A stretch of 64,000 nt of DNA from Mobula hypostoma (taxonomy: Eukaryota), in assembly GCF_963921235.1 (NCBI RefSeq), contig NC_086108.1, positions 54,872,001 to 54,936,000 of the forward strand. Direction: 5' to 3'. A program made the translations under genes and the position numbers. Below the pieces are notes generated by a model that saw only the letters and a program-made list of their open reading frames with translations, did not search any database and was not told where the DNA came from. Positions 24,655 to 37,060 of the stretch are shown piece after piece (position 1 is the stretch's first letter; each line of letters begins with the position of its first letter).

Positions 24655-25456
24655 AATATAAATAACATCAGATATGCTGATGACATCATACTAATAGCTG
24701 ACTCAGAAACAAAACTTCAAGAACTACTCACTATAGTGGCAGCAGAAAGTAATCGCAGAAGCCTCTCAATCAACACCAAGAAGACAGAAAGCATGGTCAT
24801 CTCCAGAAAGACAAACATCCCACAATGTGTGATCAAGATCGGAAATACAAACATCAAACAGGTCAACAAATTCAGATATCTTGGCAGCCTAATAACAGGT
24901 GATGGCAGGTGCAACACAGATATCAAATACAGAATAGCAATGGTGAAAGAAGCTTTCCAAAAAATGAAGACCATATTAACAGACAGAAAGATGAGCACGT
25001 ACACTAAAAACAGAATACTGCAGTGCTACATTTATTCTACCCTGACTTATGAAAGTGAATGCTTACCATTTCTCCAGCAATGGAAAAGAAACTAGAAACA
25101 GCTGAATTATGGTTCAACAGGAGAATGTTAAAAATATCATGGACCACACACACATCAAATGAAGAAGTTCTTAGAAGAGCCCAGCAGTTCGATCACTCAT
25201 ACCAACAATAAGAAAAAGACAAATCAGATTCCTAGGACACATCATGCGGAAAGATGAATTAGAAAAACTCATACTCTCTGGAAAGATCAAGGGGAGCAAA
25301 CCTAGAGGAAGACCTCGGCTTATGTACATCAAAAGCTTAGCCACGTGGCTACACATCAAGGAAATGGAAGTCATCCAAAGAATGAGGGATAGGTCTACAT
25401 GGAAAACCATGGTCACCAATGTCCGCATTGGATATGGTACCTAGACAGACAGACAG
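24655..25456 (+). mobile_element. RTE-clade LINE, 5'-truncated
   Basis: NNIRYADD, INTKKTESM, FRYLGS, GKIKGSKPRGRP motifs and an (agac)n tail. Confidence 0.9.
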
Positions 25457-27262
25457 AGTACAATGTGATCACCTGCAATCTTTTTCCATGAATCTCATTT
25501 ACTATATGTCCGTCCATTTCACAGATAGTCTATTTTAAGTCTGTTATCTTTCATTTTTGTTGTTTTTGTTGTTGTCTTATGGACAAAAGCATTTAAATGA
25601 TATGAAAGTGCACAATTTTGAATCTTCATATACCCAAAGTTGTATCATGGCTAAAAGAGTAATGGAATTAATGCACACATGAATAGCTATAGTGTTTTGT
25701 ACATTTGCCTAAATTCTTGGAATCTTTTCCACCCTCCCCAACCCTTTTTATTTACAAAGAATTTCCTCTAGAATGATATGTGTTCTTAAAATGCCAAAAT
25801 AAATATAAAATTCCAAAGATACATTTTAAAGTATGGGCTGTAACTTTAAGTAAACACAATAAATTTGGATGTCTTTTGGAAAAGTTGATCATTAACTGCT
25901 TTGGGATTCAAGGAAAGTAGACTCCCTGACCTTTTATGTGTGGGACCTGCTTTTGAAACAAGATTATGTTGATCAGATTTGAGGTTAAATGAATCCCACA
26001 TCTGCACTTTTAAGTTTTAAAAGTTCAAATGACTCTATCTCAAAGGACAACAGGAGAGCTGCTGGCCTGATTTTTCTGCCAATATTTATCCCTCAGCCAA
26101 TATTAACTGAACAAATTCATACAGCTGATAGGAAACGTTTGCTCTGTGCAAATGGACTGCTGCATTTGGACCCAATCACACCTCAAATGTACTTATTTGT
26201 TTTCAAAGAACTTTGGGGGCCCCTGAAAGGGACAAAAAGCTCTCTAAAAGGGCAACTCTTTACTCTACATTGAAGAGGAGTATTTTAAAGAGATAAGCTC
26301 TGTGCAGCACATAGACTGTTTGGGAAATAGGAGCTTGGTTTTGCTGCAATGTGAATATTTAGGATTCTGAAAGGCTTTTTAAAAAGTTAAACCATACCTC
26401 AAAAGCTCTCAAGTCACTAGGAATGTTTTCGTTCAGTGATATGGAAGTTATTCAAGAGATTTTAATCATGTAAGTATTGTTAAAACATATTTTCCTGATC
26501 TTTTTGACTTTTCTATTAGCACCTGTATGCAAATACTTGTTAATGAGTTTGTCAGTGGCACACAGATAAGTGGTGCAGATAGAAGTAGAGCATAAAGAAA
26601 TTAATTGATTAAATATAAAGTGGAAACTGTGCTAAATAAAGTGAAGTATAAACAAGTTGAGATCCAAAGTGATTTAAAGAAATATGTACATTGATCATTA
26701 AAACATATCATTGATAGATTCGAAAAATAATTTTAAAAAAGGAATTTTGATCTTTATGTCTGAAGAATCTGAATATGAGGGATTAAAAGTTACACATTGT
26801 GCGACACACACAAAATGCTTGAGAAACTCAGCAAGTCAGGTAGCACTTATGGAGGGGATTAAACAGCTGACAATTTGGGTCCGCGACCCTTCAAACCTGA
26901 AAGTGTCACTACACTCCACTGATTCCCTATTGGACATGGGTGCAAGTCATGGAATTTTAGTTTTAAGGGAAACAAGTTCAATGCATCCTTTTGGGTGTCA
27001 TGTCTGTGTGGTAAACCATATATATGTTGTAACTGGGTTAACTGTCTGGACACGCCCCTCTGCTGACTGCCCCTGTGGCTCCTCCCACAGAATCCTGTAT
27101 AAAGGTGTTTCACCTTGCCCCTCCCCCACGGTCCCGGGGCAGACACTCACCATGGAGGTCGTATTGTACAGCGAATAAAAGCCTTTCAGTATTTTACCCA
27201 AGTTCAGTCTTTTGGAGTTATTGAAGGTGCGCTTCAATTTTATTCGCTGTACATTTTAAAGC

Positions 27263-28200
27263 ATGGAACACGCGCTGAGACCCGACAGGTTAGACCTCAA
27301 TTCGCAAACGCCTGAAGCTGGAAACGCTTTCGAACTCTGGCTGACCTGCTTTGAAGCTTACATAGAGGGGATTAAAATGACCGATCCCATAACGAAGCAC
27401 AGTGTTCTACTCTCCAGGGTCAGTCCACGGGTCTATTTGCTAATCAGAGACCAGTCGAGCTACGACGGCACGATGAGCGCCCTCAATGGACAATACCTGC
27501 GTCCGATAAACAGCGTCTATGCTCAGCATCACTTAGTAACAAGGCAACAATGGCCCGGAGAATCAAGTGCTGAGTTTGTCCAGGCCCTACGGACACTCGT
27601 GCGAGCCTGCAATTGCCAGGAGCTGACGGCGGCGCAGCATGCAGAGCTCCTAGTGAGAGACGCCTTCGTCACGGGGACCAGGTCAGTGTATGTGCACCAG
27701 CGGCTGTTGGAAAAAGCCGATCTTACCTTAAGTTCGGCGATCGAGCTGGCCGACACGCTGGATGCTGCTCTGCATAACTCCGAGGCTCTCCAGGCACACG
27801 ATCCCCCGATGGCCTCATGGGCGCCGCAGACCCCGCAACCCACCAGTGAATCGACCTCGGCTTCTGCCAGTTGCAAGTCCCTGCAACCCGCCGGCGAATC
27901 GACTTCGGCTGCCGCCAGTCGCGAGTCCGCGAAGTACTACTTCTGCGGACTGGAGAAGCACCCCTGGAAATGCTGCGCGGCCCGATAAACTACTTGATCC
28001 AGCTGCGGAAAGAAGGGCCACTTCGCCATGGTCTGTAAGTCCAAATCGCGAGCGGGATCGAGCAGTGCCGCGTGTGAGACATGGGGGTCGCCATCTTGCC
28101 TGTCGCCATCTTCCTTGCACACCGCCACCACGTGTGAGACATGGGGGCGGCCATTTTGGTTGGCGCCCCTCCCACCGCTGACGACCGACGGGTGCTCATG
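27263..28200 (+). pseudogene. gag: Gypsy gag with tandem CCHC knuckles and a premature stop
   Basis: ORF 27263-27988 (TRQQWPGES...RDAFVTG...YFCGLEKHPWKC), continuing past stops into CGKKGHFAMVC. Confidence 0.88.
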
Positions 28201-31186
28201 GGGCACCCCACCGCGCTGGACCAAGACAGCGACCCTACCCTGGCTTCCGTGACCCTCGACCAAAGCGCTCCCCACCAGCTCACAAGGTCAATGATGGACA
28301 TCCTGGTGGAGGAGCGCAGGTCAAGCTGCCTTTTTGACACAGGCAGCACGGAGAGTTTTATCCACCGGACACGGTGCAGCATTGTGGACTCGTGATACGG
28401 CCGGTAAGTCAGAGGGTCACCATGGCTTCCGGGTCACATACAACAGACATCCGGGAGGGGTTGTGTAGTGAATCTAGTGGTGCAGGGCACAGAATATCTA
28501 GACTTTACGTTACTGGTCATACCTCAACAGTGTGCCTCTGTGCTATTGGGGCTCGACTTCCAGAGCCACCTGAAAAGCGTGACAATGAAGTATGATGGGC
28601 CCCTCCCACCAATCACTGTCGTAAATCCCCAGTTTTGTAGGGATACGTCACATACCCCGCTACTGACCACACACACACACACCGAACCGCACATCCCACC
28701 CAACACCATGCCAACTGCCGCACCACCGACACCACTTGCGGCCTCTCCACCCTCAGGATCCCTCCCCCACCGCTGTTTTCCAACCTGACCCCCGACTGTA
28801 AACCTGTGGCAACTAAAAGCAGGAGGTACAGCGCGGGGGACAGAGCCTTCATTAAGTCAGAGGTGCAGCGGCTGCTCAGGGAGGGGGTCATTGAGGCAGG
28901 CACAAGTCCTTGGAGGGCGCCAGTGGTCGTTGTTCGGAACGGGGAGAAGAATAGGATGGTCGTGGACCATCAATAGGTTCACGTAGCTCGACGCGTACCC
29001 TCTACCCCGCATCGCGGATACGGTCAATCAGATAGCACAATACAAGGTGTACTCGACCATAGACCTAAAATCCACTTACCATCAGCTCCCCATCCGCTGG
29101 GAAGACCGCGCTTACACCACCTTCGAGGCGGACGGCAGGCTTTATCAATTCCTGTGCGTCCCCTTTGGTGTTACAAATGGGGTAGCTGTCTTCCAGAGGG
29201 CAATGGACTGGATGGTGGACCAGTGCCAACTGAAGGCCACGTTCCCATATCTGGATAACATCACCATCTGCGGTCACCACCGGCAGGATCACAACAACAT
29301 CCTCCAAAAATTTCTCCAAGCGGCCAAATCTTTCAACCTCACCTATAACAAGGACAAGTGTGTATTCGGGACCACCTGACTTGCTATCCTTGGGTGTGTC
29401 GTGGGGAATGGAGTCATCGGCCCTGACCCCGACCGTATGCACCCCCTGTTGGAACTCCCTCTTCCCAATACCCTCAGAGCCCTCAAAAGGTGCCTGGGCG
29501 TCCTTTCATATTACACCCAATGGGTCTCTAACTACGCAGACAAGGCCCGCCCCCTGGTTGAGTCCACCACATTCCCCCTCTCAGCCGAGGCCCGCGCGGC
29601 CTTCAGCCGCATTAAAAGGGGACATTGCCAAAGCAGCAATGCATGCGGTGGACGAGGCCATTCCCTTCCAAGTAGAGAGTGACGCCTCCGACTTTGCGCT
29701 GGCTGCTACCCTCAACCGGGCGGATAGACTGGTGGCGTTCTTCTCCCGTACCCTTCAAGGCCCTGAAATTTGGCACTCCGCGATAGAGAAAGACGCCCAG
29801 GCCATAGTGGAAGCTATTAGGCACTGGAGACACTATCTCGCCAGCAAAAGGTTCACCCTGCTAACTGACCAGCGCTTAGTCGCATTCATGTTTAATAATC
29901 AGCAGCGGGGCAAAATCAAAAATGATAAAATTCTGAGGTGGAGAATCGAACTCTCCACCTACAACTATGACATCATGTACAGGCCTGGGAAGCTCAACGA
30001 GCCCTCCGATGCCCTATCCCGGGGAACGTGCGCCAGCGCGCAGATCAACCGGCTATATGCCCTACATGTAGATCTTTGCCACCCGGGGGTCACCCGGCTT
30101 TTCCACCGTGAAAGCCCGGAACCTGCCTTACTCCCTTGAGGAGATCAGGACGATGACCAGGGACTGCCAAGTCTGCGCAGAGTGAAAACCGCACTTCTAC
30201 AGACCCGAAAAGGCACCACTCATCAAGGCCACCCGCCCTTTTGAGCAACTGAGTGTTGACTATAAGGGCCCCCTTCCCTCTACCGACCGCAATGTGTACT
30301 TTCTTAACGTTATTGACAAGTACTCGCGGTTCCCCTTCGCCATCCCCTGCCCCGACACCACTACCACATCTGTTATAAAAGCCCTGCGCAAGCTCTTCAC
30401 TCTGTTCGGATACCCATGCTATATCCACAGTGACAGAGGGTCCTCGTTTATGAGTGACGAGCTGCGCCAATACCTGCTGGCTAGGGGAATTGCAACTAGT
30501 AGGACCACGAGCTATAATCCCCGGGGGAATGGACAGGTGGAGAAGGAGAATGGCACGGTGTGGAAAGCCACACTCTTAGCCCTCAGGTCAAAGGGACTGC
30601 TGGTCTCCCGCTCACAGGAGGTCCTTCCCGAGGCACTCCACTCCATCCGCTCCCTGTTATGCACGGTCACCAATGCCACCCCTCATGAGCGGCTCTTTTC
30701 TTTTCCCAGAAAGTCGACCACTGGGACTACCCTACCAACTTGGCTGACGTCCCCGGGGCCAGTACTGCTCCGGAAACATGCGAGGAGCAATAAATACTCC
30801 CTGATGGTCGAGAGGGTTCTCTTACTTCATGCGAACCCTCAGTATGCCTATGTGGTTTTACCTGATGGGAGGACACTGTCTCCATCCGCAACCTAGCGCC
30901 CGCAGGAGCACCGGGCCCCTACCCTGAACACTCTGTGGTGACTATTGACCCCGTACCCACCAATGTATGTACTCACGAGACACCGCACACTCCAAGCCCT
31001 ACACAGACGCCACACGACACTCCCATACCGGGCGCGACGCACACACACGAGGGATTACCGACGCCTAACGTGCTGGCACCTGAAGTCAGGCCGGAGCCAG
31101 CACAACCGCCATCGCCGGTGCAATCACCACCGGTGCTACGTAGATCACAGCGACGGACTCGACTGCCTGATAGACTTGACCTGTAG
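28200..31186 (+). pseudogene. pol: Gypsy pol (PR-RT-RNase H-IN), frameshifted
   Basis: PR LFDTGS; RT SPWRAP, IDLKSTYHQ, PFG, YLDN; RH ESDASD, FTLLTDQ; IN IHSDRGSSF, PRGNGQVE. Confidence 0.93.
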
Positions 31187-31569
31187 GTATACTTGTTGTA
31201 AATATTGTCAGTCACTTCACCCCGCAGGACTCTCTTTTTTTTAAAAAAAGGAGGGGTGAATGTGGTAAACCATATATATGTTGTAACTGGGTTAACTGTC
31301 TGGACACGCCCCTCTGCTGACTGCCCCTGTGGCTCCTCCCACAGAATCCTGTATAAAGGTGTTTCACCTTGCCCCTCCCCTTCAGTCTAGGGGCAGACAC
31401 TCACCATGGGGGTCATATTGTACAGCGAATAAAAGCCTTTCAGTAATTTATCCAACTTCAATCTTTTGGAGTTATTGAAGGTGCGCTTCAGTCTGTGACC
31501 AGAGGTGCATTGCAGGGATCAGTGCTGGGACCTTTGTTGTTGGTGAATGTTGGAGATATCATTAAAAGG

Positions 31570-34500
31570 TTTTCAAATTAAAAAGGTTTGTTTATTTAAA
31601 AAGAGAGCTTCACGGGTGTTTGGCCATTGCAGAGGCCCTATCAGTGGTGGGAGCAGAGTACTGCAAACTAAATAAAAGTACAAGAGGGACAAGCAGAGCG
31701 GCCATTTGTTGAGAGTAGGCCAGTGGAGAGAGTGGAAATGTTAGGCCTTGGCTCAAAGAAAGCTTTGGCTCGGAGAAGCCATTGGCTGTGGGTAAGCTTC
31801 TGTTATGGTTTTCTTTTTGTTTTTCTCTTACTGTACTTGGTATAGGAAATGGCGGTTGTGGTTTCTTCATGCCGGATGTTGGAGACCTGGGAGACCCAGA
31901 GTCTCCCAGGGAATTACATTTGCATGAAGTACATCCGGCTGCAGCTCTGTGAAGACCATGTTAGGGATCTGGAGCAGCAGCTGAATGACCTTCAGCTTGT
32001 ACGGGAGAGTGAGGAGATAATTGATCAGAGTTACAGGGAAGTAGTCATCCCGAAGTTGCAGGAGACGGATAGCTGGGTGATTGTCAGGAGAAATGGAAAT
32101 ATAAATAGGCAGTTAGAGCAGAGCACACCTGTGGCCATTCATCTCAAAAATAAGTATACTGATTTGGATACTTCTGTGGGGGATGACCTCCCGGGGGAAT
32201 ACCACAGCGACTGGGTTACACGCACTGAGCATGGGTCCATGATGCAGAGGAAAAGAGAGAAAAGGGAGCGGTGGTGATAAGGGACTCAATAGTGAGGGGA
32301 ACAGACAGGAGATTCTGTGGGTGTGAACAGGATACCCGGATGGTATGGGTCAGGGACATCTCAGATTGGTCTACAACAATTTGGAGAGGGAGGGAGAGCA
32401 GTCTTGGTACATATTGGTACCAATGACATAAGAAGGAAAAGCAAAGAGGTCCTGAAAAGAGATTTTAGAGAGCTAGGTAGAAAGCTGAGAAGCAGGACCT
32501 CCAGGGTAGTAATTTCTGGATTGCTGCCCTTGCCACGCGCCAGTGAGGGTAGAAACAGGATGATTTGGCAGATAAATGTGTGGCTGAGAAGCTGGTGCAG
32601 GGGGCAGGGCTTCAGATTCTTGGATCTCTTCTGAAGGATGTATGACTTGTTTAAAAGTGACGGGTTGCACCTGAATCCGAGGGGGACCAATATTCTCATG
32701 GGTAGTTTGTTAGAGCTGTTGAGGAGGGTTTAAACTAATTTGGCTGTGGGGTGGGAACTGGAGTGATAGTCCTCAGGATAGGATGGATGGTAAAGAAGTA
32801 AAGATAGCATGCAGTCAGACTGTCAGGAAGGGCAGGCAGGTGATGGGACATCCAACAGGGTGAGTATCAGTACATTAGGGATGCAAAGTCAAAAAGGCTG
32901 GCGAACATGGTACTCATGGTGTTGTATCTCAATGTGCGGAGTATAAGAAGTAAGGTGGATGATCTTGTTGCGATTTTACAGATTGCCAGGTATGATGTTG
33001 TGGCCATTACTGATTTGTGGCTGAAGGATGGTTGTAGTTGGGAGCTGAATGTCCAAGGTTACATGTTATATCGGAGGGATAGGAAGGTAGGCAGAGGGGG
33101 AGGCATGGCGCTACTGGTAAAGAATGGCATCAAATCAGTAGAAAGATGTGACATAGGATCGGAAGATGTTGAATCCTTGTGGGTTGAGTTGGGAAACTGC
33201 AAGGATAAAAGGACCCAGATGGCAGTTATCTACAGGCCTCCCAACAGTGGCTGGGAGGTGGACCACAGATTACAACAGGAAATAGAAAAGGCGTGTCAAA
33301 AGGGCAATGTTATGGTGGTCATGGGAGATTTTAACATGCAGGTTGATTGGGAAAATCAGGGTAGTAATTGATCTCAAGAGAGTGAGTTTGTTGAATGCCT
33401 ATGAGATGGCTTTTTAGAGCAGTTTGTCGTTGAGCCTACTAGGGGATCAGCTATATTGGATTGGATGTTATGTAATGAACCAGAGGCGATTAGGGAGCTT
33501 AAGGTAAGAGAACTCTTCGGAACCAGTGATCACAGTATGATTGAGTTCAACTTGAAATTTGATAGGGAGAAAGTAAAGTCTGACATCGCAGTATTTCATT
33601 GGAGTAAGGGAAATTACATTGGTGTGAGAGAGGAGCTGGCCAAAGTAAATTGGAAGGAGCTGTGAGCAGCAATGGTGTGCATTTCTGTGAAAAATAAGGA
33701 AGGTGCAGGACATGTGTATTCCAAAAGTGAAGAAATACTTGAATGGCAAAACAGTACAACCGTGGCTGACAAGGGAAGTCAAAGCTAATGTAAAAACAAA
33801 AGAGAGGGCATACAACAAAGCAAACAATAGTGGGAAGATAGAGGACTGGGAAGTTTTTAAAAACCTACAGAGAGCAACTATAAGAATCATTAGAAGGTAA
33901 GAGATGAAATATGAAAGCAAGCTAGCAAATAATATCAAAGTGGATAGTAAAGGCTTTTTCAAGTATGTAAAAAATAAAAGAGAGTTGAGAGTGGATATAG
34001 GACCACTAAAAAATGAAGCAGGAGAAATAATAACAGGGGACAAGGAGATGGCAGATGAACTAAATGAGTATTTTGCATCAGTCTTCACTGTGGAGGACTC
34101 TAGCAGTGTGTCAGATGTTATAGTGTGTGAAGGAAGAGAAGTGGGTGTAGTTACTATTACAAGGGAGAAGGTGCTCAAAAAGCTGAAAGACCTAAAAGTA
34201 CATAACTCACCCTGACCAGATGAACTGCCCCCTAGGGTTCTGAAAGAGGTAGCGTTAGAGATTGTGGCAGCATTAGAAATGGTCTTTCAAAAATCTCTGG
34301 ACTCTGGTATGATGCCAGAGGACTGGAAAATTACAAATGTCACTCCACTCTTTAAGAAAGGAGGAAGGCAGCAGAAGGAAATTATAGACCAAATAGCCTG
34401 ACCTCAGTGGTTGGGAAGATGTTAGAGTCAATTATTAAGGATGAGGTGATGGAGTGCTGGGTGACACAGGACAAGATAGGACAAAGTCAGCATGGTTTCC

Positions 34501-35785
34501 TGAAGGGACTATCCTGCCTGACGAACCTGTTGGAATTCTTTGAGGAGATTACAAGTAGGATAGATAAAGGGGATGCAGTGGATGATGTATATTTGGATTT
34601 TCAGAAGGCTTTTGACAAGGCACCACACATGAGGCTGCTTTCCAAGTTAAGAGTCCATGGTATTACAGGAAAGTTACTAACATGGTTAGAGCATTGGCTG
34701 ATCAGAAGAAGGCAGTGAGTGGGAATAAAAGGATTCTTGTCTAGTTGGCTGCCAGTGATTAGTGGTGTTCTTCAGGGGTTGGTGTTGGGACCACTTCTTT
34801 TTATGCTGTATATAAATGATTTAGATGATGGAATAGATGGCTTTGTTGCCAAGTTTGCAGATGATACGAAGACTGGTGGAGGGGCAGGTAGTGTTGAGGA
34901 AACAGGTAGGATGTAGAAGGACAGTCAGATTAGGAGAATTGGCAAGAAAGTGGCAAATGAAATATAATGCTGGAAATTGCATGGTCATGCACTTTAGTAG
35001 AAGAAATAAATGCGCAGACTATTTTCTAAATGGGGAGAAAATCCAACAATCTGAGATGCAAAGGGATTTGGGAGTCTTTGTGGAGAACACCCTAAAGGTT
35101 TACTTGCAGTTGAGCCGGTGGTGAGGAAGGCAAATGCACTCTTAGCATTCATTTCAAGAGGTCTAGAATACAAGAGCAAGGATGTGATGCTGAGGCTTTA
35201 TAAGCCACTGGTGAGGCCTCACCTTGAGTATTGTGTACAGTTTTGGGCTCCTTAACTTAGGAGAGATGTGCTGGAATTGGAGAGTGTCCAGAGGAGGTTC
35301 ACAAGGAAGATGTCAGGAATGAAAGGGTTATCATACGAGGAACGTTAGATGGCCCTGGGTCTGTACTTGCTGGAATTTAGAAGGATGAGGGAGGTTCTCA
35401 TTGAAACCTTTCAAATGTTGAGAGGACTAGACAGAGTCGATGTGGAAAGGATGTTTCCCATGGTGGGGGAGTCTAGGACAAGAGGGCACAGCCTCAGGAT
35501 AGAGGGGCATCCATTCACAACGGAGGTGCGGAGAAATTTTTTTAGTCAAAGGCTGGTGAATTTGTGGAATTTGTTGCCACATGCAGCTATGGAGGTCATG
35601 TCATTGGGTGTATTTAAGGCAAAGATTGATAGGTTCTTGATTGGATACAGCATCAAAGGTTTCGGAGAGAAGCAGGAAATGGGCTTGAGGAGGAGGAGGA
35701 AAAAAGGAAGAGCCATGATTGAATGTTGGAGCAGATTTGATGGGCCAAATGGTCTAATTCTGCTCCTATATCTTATGGTCTTATA
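31570..35785 (+). mobile_element. Near full-length CR1 LINE (subfamily A), degraded
   Basis: ORF1 with a Zn-finger-like start and SGNH esterase motifs (GDS, VHIGTND, DGLHLN); ORF2 EN (YLNVRSI, YRPPNS, MGDFN, SDH) and RT (DFQKAFD, KFADD); tail tcttatggtcttat. Confidence 0.95.
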
Positions 35786-36082
35786 AATTACATGAAGAAG
35801 GTTGTATAAAGATACAATTTGATACAGATTAGATGATAAGTTGGATGGAGAATGGGGAGGTGGCACTTAATCTTGACAAGTGCAAGCTGATGCATTTTGG
35901 CAAGTCAAACAGGGGTAGGACAAGTACAGTAAATGGTAGGATGCTCAGGCATCCTGATTAACAGAGGGACCTCGAGGTTCATGTCCATGGTACCCAGACA
36001 GGCTATGGGTTATAAAAGTTGGGATGCTATGTTGCAGTTTTACAAAACACTAGTTACATTGCTCATGAAATGTTGTATGCAG

Positions 36083-36905
36083 TCAAGTTCAGGTGTAACT
36101 GTCATTCAACTGTACATGAACACCAATGAATACAGCCAATTGAAACACCGTCCCTCCAGGGTCAGGGTGCAAAACACAGTATGAACAGAATTACACAGCA
36201 CAAGGCAGGACTATCACATATGAGATAGCAAGTAAACATCCAGTCACACAAAAATATTTATTTAGCCCAAGTCCCTGAGTGACATTTTCTGTGACTTGTT
36301 AGCGCATGGGCATTATTGGCAAGAACAAGTCACTGCAGTCTCAGCGGTCCACAGATGAAAGTTCACAAGCATGCACACAATCCAGCTTGTCTTCCCCCAA
36401 GCAAACGCTGGATGGTAGCACCGACAGGAGGCGCTAGCCCCCGACTTAGCATGGATGCTGCACTACACCGCCTCTGGCATCTTCTCTGCTGGGCTGCTGC
36501 ACCAGGAAAGCCCACAGCTTGAGGCCTGGTCCTCACTACAACCGAGGCCACACAGCTCCCCTGGTTTCTGTCTTCCCAACAAACAAGGAAAATGGACTTG
36601 CAGTATTTTACATCACCTATGTCCGACAGGGTCTTGAGATCGTAGGGAAATGTCCAAGACAGTCACTGCTGTTGGAGTGCTCAATGCTTTTGTGCACCGA
36701 CTCCGATGCCTTTCTGTAGCAGGCAGTAACATGGTCAGCATCAAGTACAGCTCTCGAGCTCCTCTGACAAAGAGCCACTCTGTGGTGGGGTAAATACTTG
36801 AAGTTCTTAATGTCCAGCATTGTCTTGTGATCATAAAAAAGCCAAAGCACCTTTGGTTGGCTCCCAAGAAACTGTTGCATCTAAACGCGCTCCATCTTAT
36901 CAGAA
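36083..36905 (-). mobile_element. Second copy of the non-autonomous Rex-like element
   Basis: Starts aagatgg on the minus strand. Its 5' and 3' ends are homologous to 4750-5747. Confidence 0.75.
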
Positions 36906-37060
36906 GCAAGAGTAAATCTGCAGATGGTGGAAATCCGAGCAACGCACACAAAGTGCCGGAGAAGCTCAGCAGGCCAGGCAGCAGCCCGAAACGTCGACTG
37001 TATTTTTTTCCACAGATACTGCCTGGCCTGCTGAGTTCCTCCAGCATTTTGTGTGTATTG
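36905..37060. mobile_element. Penelope pseudo-LTR fold-back remnant
   Basis: Inverted arms (cacacaaagtgccggagaagctcagcaggccaggcagca / tgcctggcctgctgagttcctccagcattttgtgtg) around cccgaaacgtcgactg. Confidence 0.75.

Larger units (their letters stand above)
27007..31490 (+). mobile_element. Full-length Gypsy/Ty3 LTR retrotransposon (Mag-like), defective
   Basis: 230-bp LTRs at 27007-27236 and 31261-31490 (TG...CA), TSD GTCTG, and a purine tract before the 3' LTR. Domain order is gag, PR, RT, RH, IN, with stops and frameshifts. Confidence 0.97.

Noticed and set aside
32270..32730. SGNH esterase as a captured host gene
   Set aside because: It is a known ORF1 domain of CR1 LINEs and is frameshifted here.
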